From: a virus
Lineage: Duplodnaviria; Caudoviricetes
DNA length: 64,000 nucleotides
Reading direction: 5' to 3' (one strand)
IMG/VR virus record: IMGVR_UViG_3300021431_000090
Location: 1 to 64,000 of that record
The position numbers and the translations under genes are program-made. A model generated the notes under the pieces. It was not told the DNA's origin. It made no database searches and saw only the letters and a program-made list of their open reading frames with translations. Of the stretch, positions 18,718-30,800 are shown piece by piece. The number at the start of each line of letters is the position of its first letter. Positions within the stretch are counted from its first letter, which is position 1.

Positions 18718-19254
18718 ATGGCACCAAGAAAAACTACTACCGCAAAACAGAATGTTGAGCCTAGTGTAGAAGAAGTGGTTGAAGAGCCGAAAAAGATCGT
18801 TGCAAAAGAGATTGATATGCATCAATACATAACCGTAAGAAACGGTTCGATCGGTCGGCTTATTTATATCAGCCCTCGCACTGGTGAAAGATTCGTATGG
18901 GAAGATTTTGGAGACGAACAAGAGATGGAGCTGCAGGAATTGCGTAACGCAAAAGCTGCAAACAAAAAGTTCTTCGAGCGAAACTGGTTCATGTTCGACA
19001 GCGACTTCGATTGGGTGATCGACTTCCTTGGCGTTCGCGCATTCTACAAGCATTCAATTGGCATTGACAACTTTGATGACTTGTTTGAAAAGAAGCCTGC
19101 TGAAATTGAGAAGATTGTAAAAGATCTCTCCGACGGGCAGAAGCACTCCGTCTCGTATAGAGCAAGACAGCTTATCGCAGAAGACGCTATCGATTCCAGA
19201 AAAGTGATCGAGGCTCTTGAGAATTCTCTTGGCGTTGATCTGATTGAAAAATAA
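18718..19254 (+). CDS. Hypothetical virion-morphogenesis protein
   Basis: RBS AAAGGAG; follows the capsid gene. Confidence 0.65.
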   Translation: MAPRKTTTAKQNVEPSVEEVVEEPKKIVAKEIDMHQYITVRNGSIGRLIYISPRTGERFVWEDFGDEQEMELQELRNAKAANKKFFERNWFMFDSDFDWVIDFLGVRAFYKHSIGIDNFDDLFEKKPAEIEKIVKDLSDGQKHSVSYRARQLIAEDAIDSRKVIEALENSLGVDLIEK

Positions 19255-19268
19255 AAGGAGGCGCTTCT

Positions 19269-19718
19269 ATGGGAGTCTCCTATGATGTTTTTGTAAATGC
19301 ATTCTTAGGTAAGATCTCAGAATATGAGTTTATGGATATGTCCGGCGTCGCAAGAATCGAGACTGTTGATGGCTATCTAAAGCGTGCTGTCAGTGCGTTT
19401 AAAAAGAATTGTAAGTACGATCTTTTTACTACACAGGATGATGAACAGCGTGAATTCGCAGTTGAAATAGATGCCGAGGATATGGATGAGCTTGTAGATA
19501 TCATATCAGAAGGAATGGTTGTACAGTGGTTTAAGCCGTACATATACCAACAGGAACTTCTTCAGAATATGATGAACACTCGTGACTATACAATGTACTC
19601 CCCTGCCGAGTTATTGCTGCGTGTCGGGAACGCATATAAGCAAGTACAGAAAGACTATACTCAAATGATACGTGAGTATAGCTACAATCATGGGGATCTT
19701 ACGGACCTGCATATATGA
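19269..19718 (+). CDS. Putative head-tail adaptor
   Basis: Size and synteny. Confidence 0.5.
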   Translation: MGVSYDVFVNAFLGKISEYEFMDMSGVARIETVDGYLKRAVSAFKKNCKYDLFTTQDDEQREFAVEIDAEDMDELVDIISEGMVVQWFKPYIYQQELLQNMMNTRDYTMYSPAELLLRVGNAYKQVQKDYTQMIREYSYNHGDLTDLHI

Positions 19719-20068
19719 TGATTGACACTGTTGCCGGTATTCCGGTTACAGAAGAGCTTCTTCAAAATTATTTTACCAGACTCGTAAATCAGTTTTTTAA
19801 GATTCTCCCGATGCGAGAAGAGGAAGAAGAGTCTCTTGGCGCATATATGCGAGGTCTCCAGATAGAACTACTGGGGTGTCAGAACTTTGTAAGTTCATTG
19901 AGTGACAGCCCATTTTATATGTCTCTGTTGTCGATTTTGCAGTACCTCATTGACACACCGAGCTGCTCTATTGCAGAGGTGCGTCGAGAAGTATTCAACG
20001 CTATCAACATTTGCTATAAACTCAAATCGTCTTATGGAACTGCCGACGAAATGGAGGCTAAACAATGA
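19715..20068 (+). CDS. Hypothetical head-tail region protein
   Basis: ATGA coupling on both sides. Confidence 0.6.
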   Translation: MMIDTVAGIPVTEELLQNYFTRLVNQFFKILPMREEEEESLGAYMRGLQIELLGCQNFVSSLSDSPFYMSLLSILQYLIDTPSCSIAEVRREVFNAINICYKLKSSYGTADEMEAKQ

Positions 20069-20859
20069 GTCCGTGGGAGAATTATAGCGAGCGAATGAAT
20101 GTTCGCGGGATAACAAAAAGAGACGCATGGCTCAATAGAGAATCCAAAACTATACATCGCAAATTGCCTGACAACTTGTCATATCAGGATGTCGTAATTT
20201 ATGATTGCCCATACGGGGTTGATATAGAATCTGATGCGATGTCTGAATACGCTATTGAGCGCAATGTCGGGATTATTAACTCTGATAACCTCGACGAAAA
20301 AACAATTATTTCGATGCCCGGTGAAGATATTATAGCTGGGTCTCTTGTTGAGTGGATGGATCAGCATTGGCTTGTCACAGAGCGCGATGCAAACACCACA
20401 ATATACACGAGGGCAAAAATGCTTCAGTGCAATTATCTGCTTAAATGGGTCGATGATGATCATCAGATCCATGAGCAATGGTGTGTTATTGAAGACGGCA
20501 CAAAGTATCTTACTGGCTATTATGAAGATCGTAATTTCATAGTGAAGCGTGGTGACTCACGTATTGCTATTACAATGGCAAGAAATCCGTACAGCGTAAA
20601 ACTTGATCGAAAGAGCAGATTTCTCGTCGATGATATTGGGAGTAATCATATGCTTGCATACTCGTTGACGAAGCCGCTTAAATTCGCACAGGTTTATAAT
20701 GGTGTAGGTGTATTCAAGTTTGTTCTTCAGGAGGTTGTTACGACTGATTATGATAATCTTGAGCTCGGCATTGCAGATTATTATAGGCACTTCCCGATAG
20801 ACGATCCGCCCGAGATCCCACCTGATGGCGGCGGTTTAGAAAGGAGGCAGTGGTTATAA
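20065..20859 (+). CDS. Putative head-closure (stopper) protein
   Basis: Beta-rich GSLVEW..WLV pattern; synteny. Confidence 0.5.
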   Translation: MSPWENYSERMNVRGITKRDAWLNRESKTIHRKLPDNLSYQDVVIYDCPYGVDIESDAMSEYAIERNVGIINSDNLDEKTIISMPGEDIIAGSLVEWMDQHWLVTERDANTTIYTRAKMLQCNYLLKWVDDDHQIHEQWCVIEDGTKYLTGYYEDRNFIVKRGDSRIAITMARNPYSVKLDRKSRFLVDDIGSNHMLAYSLTKPLKFAQVYNGVGVFKFVLQEVVTTDYDNLELGIADYYRHFPIDDPPEIPPDGGGLERRQWL

Positions 20860-21356
20860 TGTATCTCGACGAATTCTTTAATTATAAGAATCAGTTAATG
20901 GAAGATCTATTAACGGAAGAACGAATAGTTAAGTTGATTAACGATGATGTAAGCGTCGACGACGCTGCGGAGTTGGTATATACACAGGTGTTTCCATATG
21001 AATATGTCCCGGATACTGTTGAACATGGCAAAACGTTTGTATGCGCCGATGTAGACATAACATCAGCTCCGAATAGTACACTCTATTACCCGACGCTATA
21101 CATATGGATTTTCACACATAAATCATTGTTGAGGTTACCAGAGGGTGGTGTCAGGACTGATAAACTTGCGCATGAAATTGCAAAAAAGATTAACGGAAGT
21201 CGGTACTATGGGCTTGGCGAGCTTGATCTGCGTAGTGTCAAACGCTTTGCACCAATGACTGACTATCAGGGTAAAGTTTTGATATTTGATGCGGAAGACT
21301 TCAACAGACTGTCGCCTACTGGCAAACCTATACCAGCGAATAGAAAGAAGGGCTGA
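20859..21356 (+). CDS. Putative tail terminator / completion protein
   Basis: VFPYEYVP...RTDKLAHEI; synteny. Confidence 0.5.
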   Translation: MYLDEFFNYKNQLMEDLLTEERIVKLINDDVSVDDAAELVYTQVFPYEYVPDTVEHGKTFVCADVDITSAPNSTLYYPTLYIWIFTHKSLLRLPEGGVRTDKLAHEIAKKINGSRYYGLGELDLRSVKRFAPMTDYQGKVLIFDAEDFNRLSPTGKPIPANRKKG

Positions 21357-21358
21357 TA

Positions 21359-22075
21359 TTGGCTATCAATCTGCTGTATAAGCATGAATGGCCTATTAAT
21401 AGTAAGCTTAATATCGTCATACCAACAGTCGGAGAGATCATTGCTGATGAAGACAAGTACTATGGTCTTGTCGGATCGCTGACCGCCTCCCCTCTCGATA
21501 TGATGGTTGCTCTTGATGATGCTGGTATAGACTTCACTAAACTTAACGATTACGATTTGTTTATTATATTGTTTAATGGCATAAGGTCTACAGACACTCA
21601 CCTTGTCTTTGGAGATATAGATCTGAGCAAATTTCAGCTTGCTAAAAGCGACAAGAATGATCAGATAATACTAGTCGATAAAGAGAATGATATCATTATC
21701 GATAGAGCCATACATAACAAAATTGCTACTTCATTAAGAACGATTCATGGTCTTAAAAAGAACATTAGAAAAGTCAACGATGAAGACACTAAAAAATATC
21801 TACTTGAGAGAGAACGCCTGAAACAGCAGAGACGTAAAAATAGAAATACGACTCAGATGTCACAACTTGAACCTCTCATTGTAGCTATGGTGAACACTGA
21901 ACAGTATAAGTATAACTACGAAGAGACTTTGTCTCTGACAATTTATCAGTTCAATGAAAGTGTCCGCCAGATTATAAAGAAGGTTGATTACGACAACCGA
22001 ATGCATGGTATATACAGCGGTACTCTAAGTGCTAAAGATATATCGAAGGACGAGTTAAATTGGCTCGTCCATTAA
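21359..22075 (+). CDS. Hypothetical tail-assembly protein
   Basis: LTIYQFNES motif resembles tail chaperone C-termini; precedes the tail tube gene. Confidence 0.5.
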   Translation: MAINLLYKHEWPINSKLNIVIPTVGEIIADEDKYYGLVGSLTASPLDMMVALDDAGIDFTKLNDYDLFIILFNGIRSTDTHLVFGDIDLSKFQLAKSDKNDQIILVDKENDIIIDRAIHNKIATSLRTIHGLKKNIRKVNDEDTKKYLLERERLKQQRRKNRNTTQMSQLEPLIVAMVNTEQYKYNYEETLSLTIYQFNESVRQIIKKVDYDNRMHGIYSGTLSAKDISKDELNWLVH

Positions 22076-22095
22076 TATTATAGGAGGGAAATATC

Positions 22096-22917
22096 ATGGT
22101 AAAAATTGGTGATATTGCCATTACCAGTCTCGAAACAATCACTTGTTTTGATATCACTACCGGAGCATATATGTTTATGCTGGATGAGCTCCAGAATGCA
22201 AATATTTCCCAGACCGAAGAGAAAGTTGACATCACTGGTAAACAGGGCCGCAAGATTACCTCTCTGAAGCGTAATAAGGCTGTAACTGTTTCTGGTGACA
22301 ATGGTCTCGTCTCCGCTGGTCTGTGGGAGATGCAGACTGGTTCTGCATTCGAAGACAGCAATACTGCTATTGTTGAATGGACTGACTATCTGACCGTTGG
22401 TTCCGGCAATGAAGCAACTACTTCTTATATTGCTGTTGGCACCGCAGGTGCTGAAATTGAAGGGTGCTTCATTAAAGACGCAGAAGGTGTTCTTAGCACC
22501 GAGCTCGAGCAGGCTAGCGCTGCAGCAGCCGGTAAGTTCGCTTACACTCCTTCTTCCAAACTGCTTAAGTTCCATACTGATGTTGCAGCAGGAACCGAGA
22601 TTGTTGTGTTCTATAAGCGCCGTATCCAGGCTTCTGTTCTGACCGACTATAGCGACAAGTACTCCGGCAAGTGCAAGATGTACATCGATGCTATCGGTGA
22701 AGATAAGTGCGCCAACATCAAGCGCGTTCAGATTTACATTCCGAAAGCAGACTTCTCTGGCGAGTTCTCCTTCGATATGGGCGACAACCAGACCATCCAC
22801 TCTTTCGAGATTGAAGCTCTGTCCGGTGGTTGCGGCGAAAGCAACATGTTCTTCACATATACTGTGTTTGGGCAGGATGCTAAAGACCGCGACGCTTCCG
22901 GCAACGAGGTCACCTGA
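22096..22917 (+). CDS. Major tail (tube) protein
   Basis: 273 aa, highly-expressed codon bias, IYIPKADFSGEFSFD motif, synteny. Confidence 0.75.
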   Translation: MVKIGDIAITSLETITCFDITTGAYMFMLDELQNANISQTEEKVDITGKQGRKITSLKRNKAVTVSGDNGLVSAGLWEMQTGSAFEDSNTAIVEWTDYLTVGSGNEATTSYIAVGTAGAEIEGCFIKDAEGVLSTELEQASAAAAGKFAYTPSSKLLKFHTDVAAGTEIVVFYKRRIQASVLTDYSDKYSGKCKMYIDAIGEDKCANIKRVQIYIPKADFSGEFSFDMGDNQTIHSFEIEALSGGCGESNMFFTYTVFGQDAKDRDASGNEVT

Positions 22918-22943
22918 ATCTAACATCAGAGGTGGTGAGGTAA

Positions 22944-23201
22944 ATGGCTAATGTAACAAAGGTTTGTAAAGTCTGCGGGAAGAGTTACCTTGGGTGCACA
23001 AATGCTGAAAAGTATGACGGCATTTTCAGGTATCAGACCGTTGCCTGCTCCCCTGAGTGCGGGGCTATTTATCTTGCACAAGTGATGGAGTCTAGAGGTA
23101 TTAAGCAGGAATCTGCCGAACCTGAACAGAATGTCAAGGCTACTAAGGCAAAGAAAAAGTCTTTAAAAAAAGCTGAGCCTGAAGAGTCTGAAGAGGTTTA
23201 A
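22944..23201 (+). CDS. Small Zn-binding protein
   Basis: CKVC...CSPEC with a charged tail. Confidence 0.65.
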   Translation: MANVTKVCKVCGKSYLGCTNAEKYDGIFRYQTVACSPECGAIYLAQVMESRGIKQESAEPEQNVKATKAKKKSLKKAEPEESEEV

Positions 23202-23260
23202 CCAAATTAATTAGGAGGTGGCTATTTGAGCCATCTCCTATTTTTCAGTGAGGCGATTAA

Positions 23261-23761
23261 TTGAATGATATAAAGCTTGTAATTGATAATTCAACTTTAG
23301 AGGAATATGAGAAGTATTATTTTTCTATACATACAAAGGCTAAAAAGAAACCTATTGATCATCCATACCACGAATCAATAAATGTGTGGATGGTAATGAA
23401 ACGTCCAATGATGAATGCGTTAAAGCAGAGATGGAAAGACTTTATCGTATGGTTTATAGATAACCAAGGTTACACTAACCTACACATAGATAAATGTGAA
23501 CTAAGCTTCGCTACATTTTACCAAACTCATCGTAGACACGATATTGATAACTCTGTGGCTAAGTTTCTTATAGACGGTTTGGTCGAGAGTGGATTCATTA
23601 TTGATGACGACAGTAAGCATATCACCAAATTGACATTGGAATGTTTTGTTGATGCAGACAACCCAAGGACAGAAATAATGGTTAATGTTTTGAATCAAGA
23701 AATAAAGGAGAAACAATATGAAGAAGATAGCAATAAAAGCGTGGAGAGAAGTTGTGAATAA
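23261..23761 (+). CDS. RusA-family Holliday junction resolvase-like protein
   Basis: RRHDIDN..K..IDGL..G.I.DDD motif. Confidence 0.75.
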   Translation: MNDIKLVIDNSTLEEYEKYYFSIHTKAKKKPIDHPYHESINVWMVMKRPMMNALKQRWKDFIVWFIDNQGYTNLHIDKCELSFATFYQTHRRHDIDNSVAKFLIDGLVESGFIIDDDSKHITKLTLECFVDADNPRTEIMVNVLNQEIKEKQYEEDSNKSVERSCE

Positions 23762-24314
23762 GCCCGCAGAATCTGAAGTAGATTTTCACGGCCTGAAACT
23801 TACAATCAAGCATAGACTCTCTCTCGAAGAGATGGTTCGTTTTGTCAACGAGTGTGTTACACCTTGCTTTGATAATGATGATCATAAGTTTGATGCTGAG
23901 ATAAAAGACTTCGTATTAAAGTCTAACATTGTAGAATATTATACCAACCTTACATTGCCTGAGAATATGTCTGACCGTTATGACATGCTTTATAAACTGT
24001 GGGAGAATTCTAAGTTTTGTGAGCTCCTCTACGGTAATATAAATCGCGACCAATATGAACGTATGCTCGAGGCTATCGATTCAAAAATTGATGAAGAAAA
24101 TTATATGAATGAGCTGCTGTTTTCAAACAGAATAGCGAAAATCGCTAATTCCATTGAAACACTGATCAATTCTATTGGAGCAGCCATGTCCTCCGTGAAC
24201 GAAGATGACGTTGCAAAGCTAATCAAAAAACTGAAGGACGACGGGTTTGACGAAGAAAAGCTCGTCGAGGCAGTGTTAGAGCACGAGGCGAAAGAGGATG
24301 GCGGGGCTAAGTAA
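23718..24314 (+). CDS. Hypothetical protein, possible tail chaperone
   Basis: RBS AAGGAG; upstream of the tape measure gene. Confidence 0.55.
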   Translation: MKKIAIKAWREVVNKPAESEVDFHGLKLTIKHRLSLEEMVRFVNECVTPCFDNDDHKFDAEIKDFVLKSNIVEYYTNLTLPENMSDRYDMLYKLWENSKFCELLYGNINRDQYERMLEAIDSKIDEENYMNELLFSNRIAKIANSIETLINSIGAAMSSVNEDDVAKLIKKLKDDGFDEEKLVEAVLEHEAKEDGGAK

Positions 24315-24774
24315 GTTTGATCTCAACGGCGTTCTTAACTCGTTTGAGATAGATACAGGCATCGCCAGAGAGATAGCGCTGCAAGCCCTACCAGATGCTG
24401 CAAATGAATTAAAAAGGATGATTGTAAGCGCGGCTAATGCTCAATTCGTATCGAGTCAAGCATCGATTATGAAGCATATAGAGAATATAGGCGTTGGATC
24501 AATCTCCGAAGTACCTGGTGGATATACCGTAGATTTATCTCTCGGTGGCGATATTTCACGACCATCACTCAATCCAAATAATGCAGGAGCGTACGATATC
24601 GTCGGCCTGTTTATCAATGGGTGGAATTTAAATAAAAAGAGACCTTGGGGTATGTGGCACGGGATGAAAGTTGGTGCTAGAACTTCTTGGGGCGGTATGA
24701 GTTTTTTAGAGGATGCAATTGACGAATTCAATGCTAAGTACGCAGGATCTGGCATTCACGCAGAAATGGGATGA
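24298..24774 (+). CDS. Putative tail completion (HK97 gp10-like) protein
   Basis: C-terminal SFLEDAIDEF pattern; synteny. Confidence 0.45.
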   Translation: MAGLSKFDLNGVLNSFEIDTGIAREIALQALPDAANELKRMIVSAANAQFVSSQASIMKHIENIGVGSISEVPGGYTVDLSLGGDISRPSLNPNNAGAYDIVGLFINGWNLNKKRPWGMWHGMKVGARTSWGGMSFLEDAIDEFNAKYAGSGIHAEMG

Positions 24775-24851
24775 TATGTAAAGGGTGATTCTGTGAGCCA
24801 CCCTTAATAAACCTATTCTTAGGTAATACTAAAGGTGGTGAAAAGAAATAA

Positions 24852-27800
24852 ATGTCTAAAAGAATAGGCAGTGTGTACCTTGAACTTGATAAGGGTATGA
24901 CTACGAAATCCTTTAAAGGGTTGCAAGGTATTGTTAATGGTGTAGTAAATAATCTTAAACCAGTCACACTAAAGCTTGACGTAAAGAATACAACAAAGGA
25001 ATTTAACGAGCTATCAAAGGTATTAAAAGATGTTGCAAGTAATATCAACAAAATAAATACCTCAAAAATAGCCGGTGGCAGTGGTGTAGCAAAAGAGATC
25101 AATGAGGCAACAGAAGCTTTTAACAGAATGAGAAAGCTTCAGGCCGAAATGTCTAGTTTGGCTAAAGACCTCAACAAAGCAGATCCGTCATCTGGAGCTG
25201 CAAAGACAATGAGCAGGCAGCTTGAGGAGCTTAGTGCAAAATATGCTCAGATGAAGAGCATGTTCTCAGACATGTTTACACCAAAGCAAAAGAATACGCT
25301 GAGCGATGAGTGGGAGAAACTCAGCAGATCAATTGAACTTGTGCAGAGCAAAATGGCCGATAAAAGATCGGCACAGGAAGCTGCTTCGGCGCAAAGGGCA
25401 GCGGCTGAGGCCGCTAAGCAAGCTGCGCAGGATCAAGCGCAGGCAGATAAAGAAGCAGCGCAAGCAGCAAGGGATCAAGCGAAAGCTCAAAAAGAGGCAG
25501 AGCAAATAGAGAAACAACGAGCCAATAGCCTTAAAAATTTATATAATATGCTAAGACAGATTCGCCAGCTGGAGACGTCTGTTAAGAACGGAAAAGGCGG
25601 AGAGGGCTCACAATCATATCAAGATTTACTAATGCTTGACAACGCAGTAAGCGACGCTATCGCAAGAGGCGGAGCTACTAGCGAAGAGATGAACGAGTTT
25701 AGAACTAATTTAAGTGCTACGAGGCTTGAAATAGACGGAACTGGCGATGCGATCAGGAATATGACGAGTCCGTTAGACGCGCTTGAATCTAGACTTGTTT
25801 ACATGGTCAGCTTGTCCAATCTTGTAATGCAGGCTGTTCGTCAGTTCAAAGAGATGTTCAACACCGTTGTTGAACTAGACTCTGCAATGACGCAACTCAG
25901 GATCGTTACAAATAATACAGAAGCAGAGTATGCGACATTTGGAAAGAACACATCTCAGGTTGCTCAGGAGATCGGTGCTTCTACAAAGGATTTAATTGAT
26001 TCTACAACTACATTTGCACGACTTGGTTATTCACTATCAGAGTCAAGTGATCTTGCTAGATTAACTGCAATGCTGTCGAAGGTTGGCGACGTTGACGTAT
26101 CGTCTGCGCAGAACGCAATGACAGCAATAACAAAGGCATTCAAAGATGTAGATACCTCCAACATTGAGTCAGCAATGGATAAGATGGTTACTGTTGGTAA
26201 CAACTTCCCGATCAGTGTTGCTGAGCTTGCAGAAGGTATGAACAATGCCGGTAGTGCGTTGGCAGCATCAGGCAATAGCTTTGATCAGTCTGTTGCGTTA
26301 CTGACAGCAGCTAATACTACTATTCAAAATATATCAAAATCATCTACTGGTCTTAGAACAATCACTGCAAGAATTAGGAAGACTAAGGTCGAGCTTGATG
26401 ATTTAGGTGAGACAATAACAGAGGCATCCTACCAAAATGTCCTTGACCTTCTTACTGGAAAGGGCGTCAGCCTTACGGATGAGAATGGTTTTAGATCGAC
26501 ATACGATATTTTGAAAGATATCGCAGCAATTTGGGATGAGTTAGACACGAAGTCTCAGGCTGCTGTTGCTGAGCAGCTTGCTGGCAATAGACAGCAAAAC
26601 GTATTCTTCTCGATTATTGAACAATTCGGTGAAGCTGAAAAAGCAATGACCGCAATGCAGAACAGCCAGGGCGCTATGGCATCGGCGTATGACGAGCGAA
26701 TGGAAAGCATAGAAGCTCATATGGACACCTTCAAGGCTGCATATGAAGAGCTTGCAAACAGCTTTATTGATAAGGATATTTCAAAAGGCGTAATTGATTT
26801 CGGGACAGCACTTCTAAATATTTTAACTGCTGTTTCTGACGCGATGGGTGGAATGAAATCGGTCGCGCCAATCGTGACCGGCGCACTCGCCACATTTATT
26901 TCTGCGTTTTCGAAATCTAAAATGTTCGGGAATCTTATGAATGCTTCTGGCATTTCGTCAATTGCCAAATCATTCAAAGACCTCGGTGCCGTAATCGCTG
27001 GTATCGGAAAGTCTGGCTTTAGTTTATCAAGTCTTCTCGGAATATTTTCAACTCCAGCAGGAATAGGAGTTGTTGTTGCGGGCATTACTGCTGCTGTATA
27101 CGCATTGTCAAAGTTACAGGCAAAGGTTCAGGAACAAACGTATGCTGGCAGAACGAAACATGTAGGTGAGCTATCAGATCAACTTGCACAAGATTATGGA
27201 GAGGGTTCAAGGTATGACGAGTTAATCCATAAGACTAGGCTTTTAACGGAAGCTGAGAGGCAAGAGCTCATAATGCTTGAGGCGCAGAAGACTGCGCGTG
27301 AAGAGAATCTTAGGCTTGCAAAGGAGCAGCAGTTTGCTGCTTTCCAACGAGAGCAAGGGAAAGACAGCCAGATATATGACTACGAAAAAGGCAGCCATAA
27401 TTTCCTTGAATGGTTTTTCGCTACAAAGCCAGAAGATAGATACAATGTAACTAGTGGCGACGTAAAGACTTTTGAAAATATTCAGAATGCCGTTGCAGAT
27501 CTTGATGCTCAGTATGAAGAACATAAACTGCATATGGACGAGTATGCGAAGTCTCTTGATCTAGTTATAGATGGTAACAGCGAATATTACAAAGTTCTCA
27601 AAGAACATCAGAATGATGAGAGTCTATCTCAGTCGCAAAGAGACTTCATAAAGTTTTATGAAGACTTACTCGACAGACAAAACGAGTTAAAGAAAACACT
27701 TGAAAATGACCCGTTAGCAGTTGCGAAGAGAAATCTCGAGGATTATGTTCTAGCACGTCAGGCCAAAGGTGACACAATTTTCGATATTCGTCAGCAAGAA

Positions 27801-30800
27801 GAATACATCAGGCTGCAAGAAGAATATGCCAATGCTATGAAGTCTGCTGGTGATGCTACAGATGAAGCCGGGAACAAGATAAAGACAGCTGCGGAGACTG
27901 CTAAAGAATCATTATCTGAGCTATGGGATTCTGAAGATTTTGCCGAAACAAGGGTAGAATTAGAGGAGATAGCAAGAACAACAGGTTCAATATCAGCAAA
28001 TAAGATAGAAGAGCTTGCGAATAAAGGCGGCGTATTAGCTGGTATTATGGACGAAACCGGCATGAGCGCAAGGTTCCTTGCTAATGTGCTTAGTCATGAG
28101 GTATTAAATGGCGACGGTTTCGATTTAATTACCGATAAGGCGCTTCGCGTGGATGCCGCGATGCAGGCGATTATAGATAGAACTGCTGGTGCTAAGGCGG
28201 CCATAGATGAATTTAATGCGGCTACAGCATCGGACAATGCTGATGCGGCGTCATCATACGCACAGGCTTATCAGAAATTCTTTGCAGATTGGGACGCTGG
28301 AAGAACTGGCAGCACTGCTGTTCAAGCGGCTGTTAATACATTCTTCTCTCCAGATCAGCTAGAGCAAATGGGATGGGATTTGCAGGCAGCTGGCGAACAA
28401 CTGTCTTCTGATTTCTTCCAAGCTATCTTTTCTACCGAAGGAGACCCAGGTGCGAACTTCGCATCGTATGTCAGAGACCACTATACCGAGGCATGGCAGG
28501 ATGCTGTCGAAATAACAGAGAATGCAGACGGTACATTTGACATAGCAGTTACATCGGCTCAAGCACTTGCAGATGCGATGGGCACTGATATAAATGTTGC
28601 CAACGCATTTATTGAGGCGATGGGTGCTTGGGGCACACACCTATTTGCTACTGGAGAAGAATTAGAGAATCTTGCTACAGAGCTCGGACTAGTCGGCAGC
28701 AATGCCTCGAATGTTGAAAGCGTAGTAAATGCTATTAATTCGTTGGCACTCGACGGTCTAGATGGAACTCAAATTAAGGCAACGCTCGACGCATTGTCGG
28801 ACGCTGGGTATATTGATACGTCTGGAATAGAAGATCTGGATGGCAAGATTACAGCAGCAGTAGAAAATTATAACGCACTTGATCAAGCTGCGCCTGATGT
28901 TGAGGTGACGACAAACCTTGATGAAGTGGATGCTGCAATTGCTAACACACAAAGCAAAATAGATAGCTTACATGGCAAGCATATAGTAAATACTGTTGAG
29001 ACAAGACATGTAGGCGGTAATATAGAAGACACTCAGGCGTCTGGCACAAAGAACGCTCCGGGTGGTAGAACACTGGTTAACGAGCTCGGCCCAGAGCTGA
29101 TATCTCAGAACGGACATGCATTTATTGCAAACGGCGGTAAACCAGCAGTTGTCAATCTTGATAAGGGTGCAGTAGTACTTAATGCATCCGATACCAGAAG
29201 CGCTCTACGCGGTGGCAGTGTATCTGGCGTCATCGGCGCTATGGCGAGCGGTTCCAGAGCAACATTCCCGACAAACTATAATCCAGGTGGTTATGGTGGC
29301 GGTGGAGGCGGCGGATCATCTGGCAAATCGTCTGGGTCTAGCTCAAGCAGTAATTCTTCGTCTGCTAACAAAGAGAAAACTTGGTTTGAGCAGCAGTATG
29401 ATTACCACAAACACCTTGTTGAGATGGATCAAGAGCTTCAGTCTGACTTTCTTGATTGGCTTGATGAGGCGTATAAGAAAGCATATGCGGAAGGTATTAT
29501 CGACCTCGAAGAGTATATGCAGCATGAAGAGGAAGTCTACAAAGGTCGCCAAGACCAATTCAAAGACTATCTCAGTGATCTCGATTATTCGATCGATATG
29601 GCGAAAAAGGCTGGTGCGAGTTCTGAAGACGTCGCGAATATGTACCAGCGAATGCTTGACGAAATCAACCATGCTCTCGAAATTGCGTTTGCTCGTGGGC
29701 TCGATGAGAATGATGACTACGTCCAGTACTTGCAGAATCAGTGGTATACTTATTACGATAATCTGAAAGATGCCCGTGAGGATGCACAAGACGATGCAAT
29801 GGACGCTGTCGACGATCTTGTCCAGTACCGCATCAAGATGCTCAAGCAATACATCAAAAATGAAGTTGATGCGCTAAAGGAAAGGCTTAGCAATCTTAAA
29901 GACTTCTACTCGAAGCAGAAAGATATGCTTAAGGATGTCGCCGACACTGAGGACTATCTTGATGAGCAGGCAGAAAAACGGAAGAGTGTTTCGGATATTG
30001 AGTCTCAACTCTCCATGCTTGAGCTGGATAATTCTGCTTGGGCTCAGAAGCGTAAAGCAAAGCTTAAAGAAGAGCTTGCTGATGCTCAAAAAGAACTTAG
30101 TAAGTTTGAACGAGATCACGCAATTGATGTTGCCTCTGACCAGCTTGACGCAGCATACGAAGTACAAGAACGTGCTATCAATGCAAGAATAGATCAACTT
30201 AATGATCTCGCCGATAATCCTAAAGCACTGTACGATCAGGCCTTAAAGGACGTGCAGAATAACTCTATCGAGCTCTATGAAGAGATGATAGAGTTTAATA
30301 ATAAGTACGGCGACGGGATTCAGAAGACTATTGTTGATATGTGGGAGCAGGCATACATTTCTCTTAAAAATTATGCTGAGCTATACCATGAATTCTATAA
30401 CGGCGTTGATCTCGTAAATGCAACAAACTATCAACCCGGCACGGCAGGAAACGTAGGCGGGAATGTGATTGCTCGTAACCCTGGTGGAAGTGCCGTTAAG
30501 GTCGTTGGCACTTTACCAGAAGAAATCTCAACTGCTGGTACACCGGGTTATTCCGACATTGATCCAGCCGTTCAAGCACAGATTGAGGCAGCACAAGCAG
30601 CAATGCAGGCTCAGCTTGATGCGGTAATGAATAACATTCAGGCAGCTACCAGCGGGCTTCTCGATCAAGTAGCGGCGAATACTCAAGCGACACTGAGCAA
30701 TCTTACTAATAGCTATGCGCTCGGCGGTGTTAATATGGGAGATATTATTATTCAGGGCAATGCAACTCAGGATACTATTTCTGAGATTCGTAGAGCACAG

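Noticed and set aside
23718-24774. Programmed -1 frameshift for a tail chaperone
   Set aside because: No convincing in-frame XXXYYYZ site; the downstream ORF has its own start
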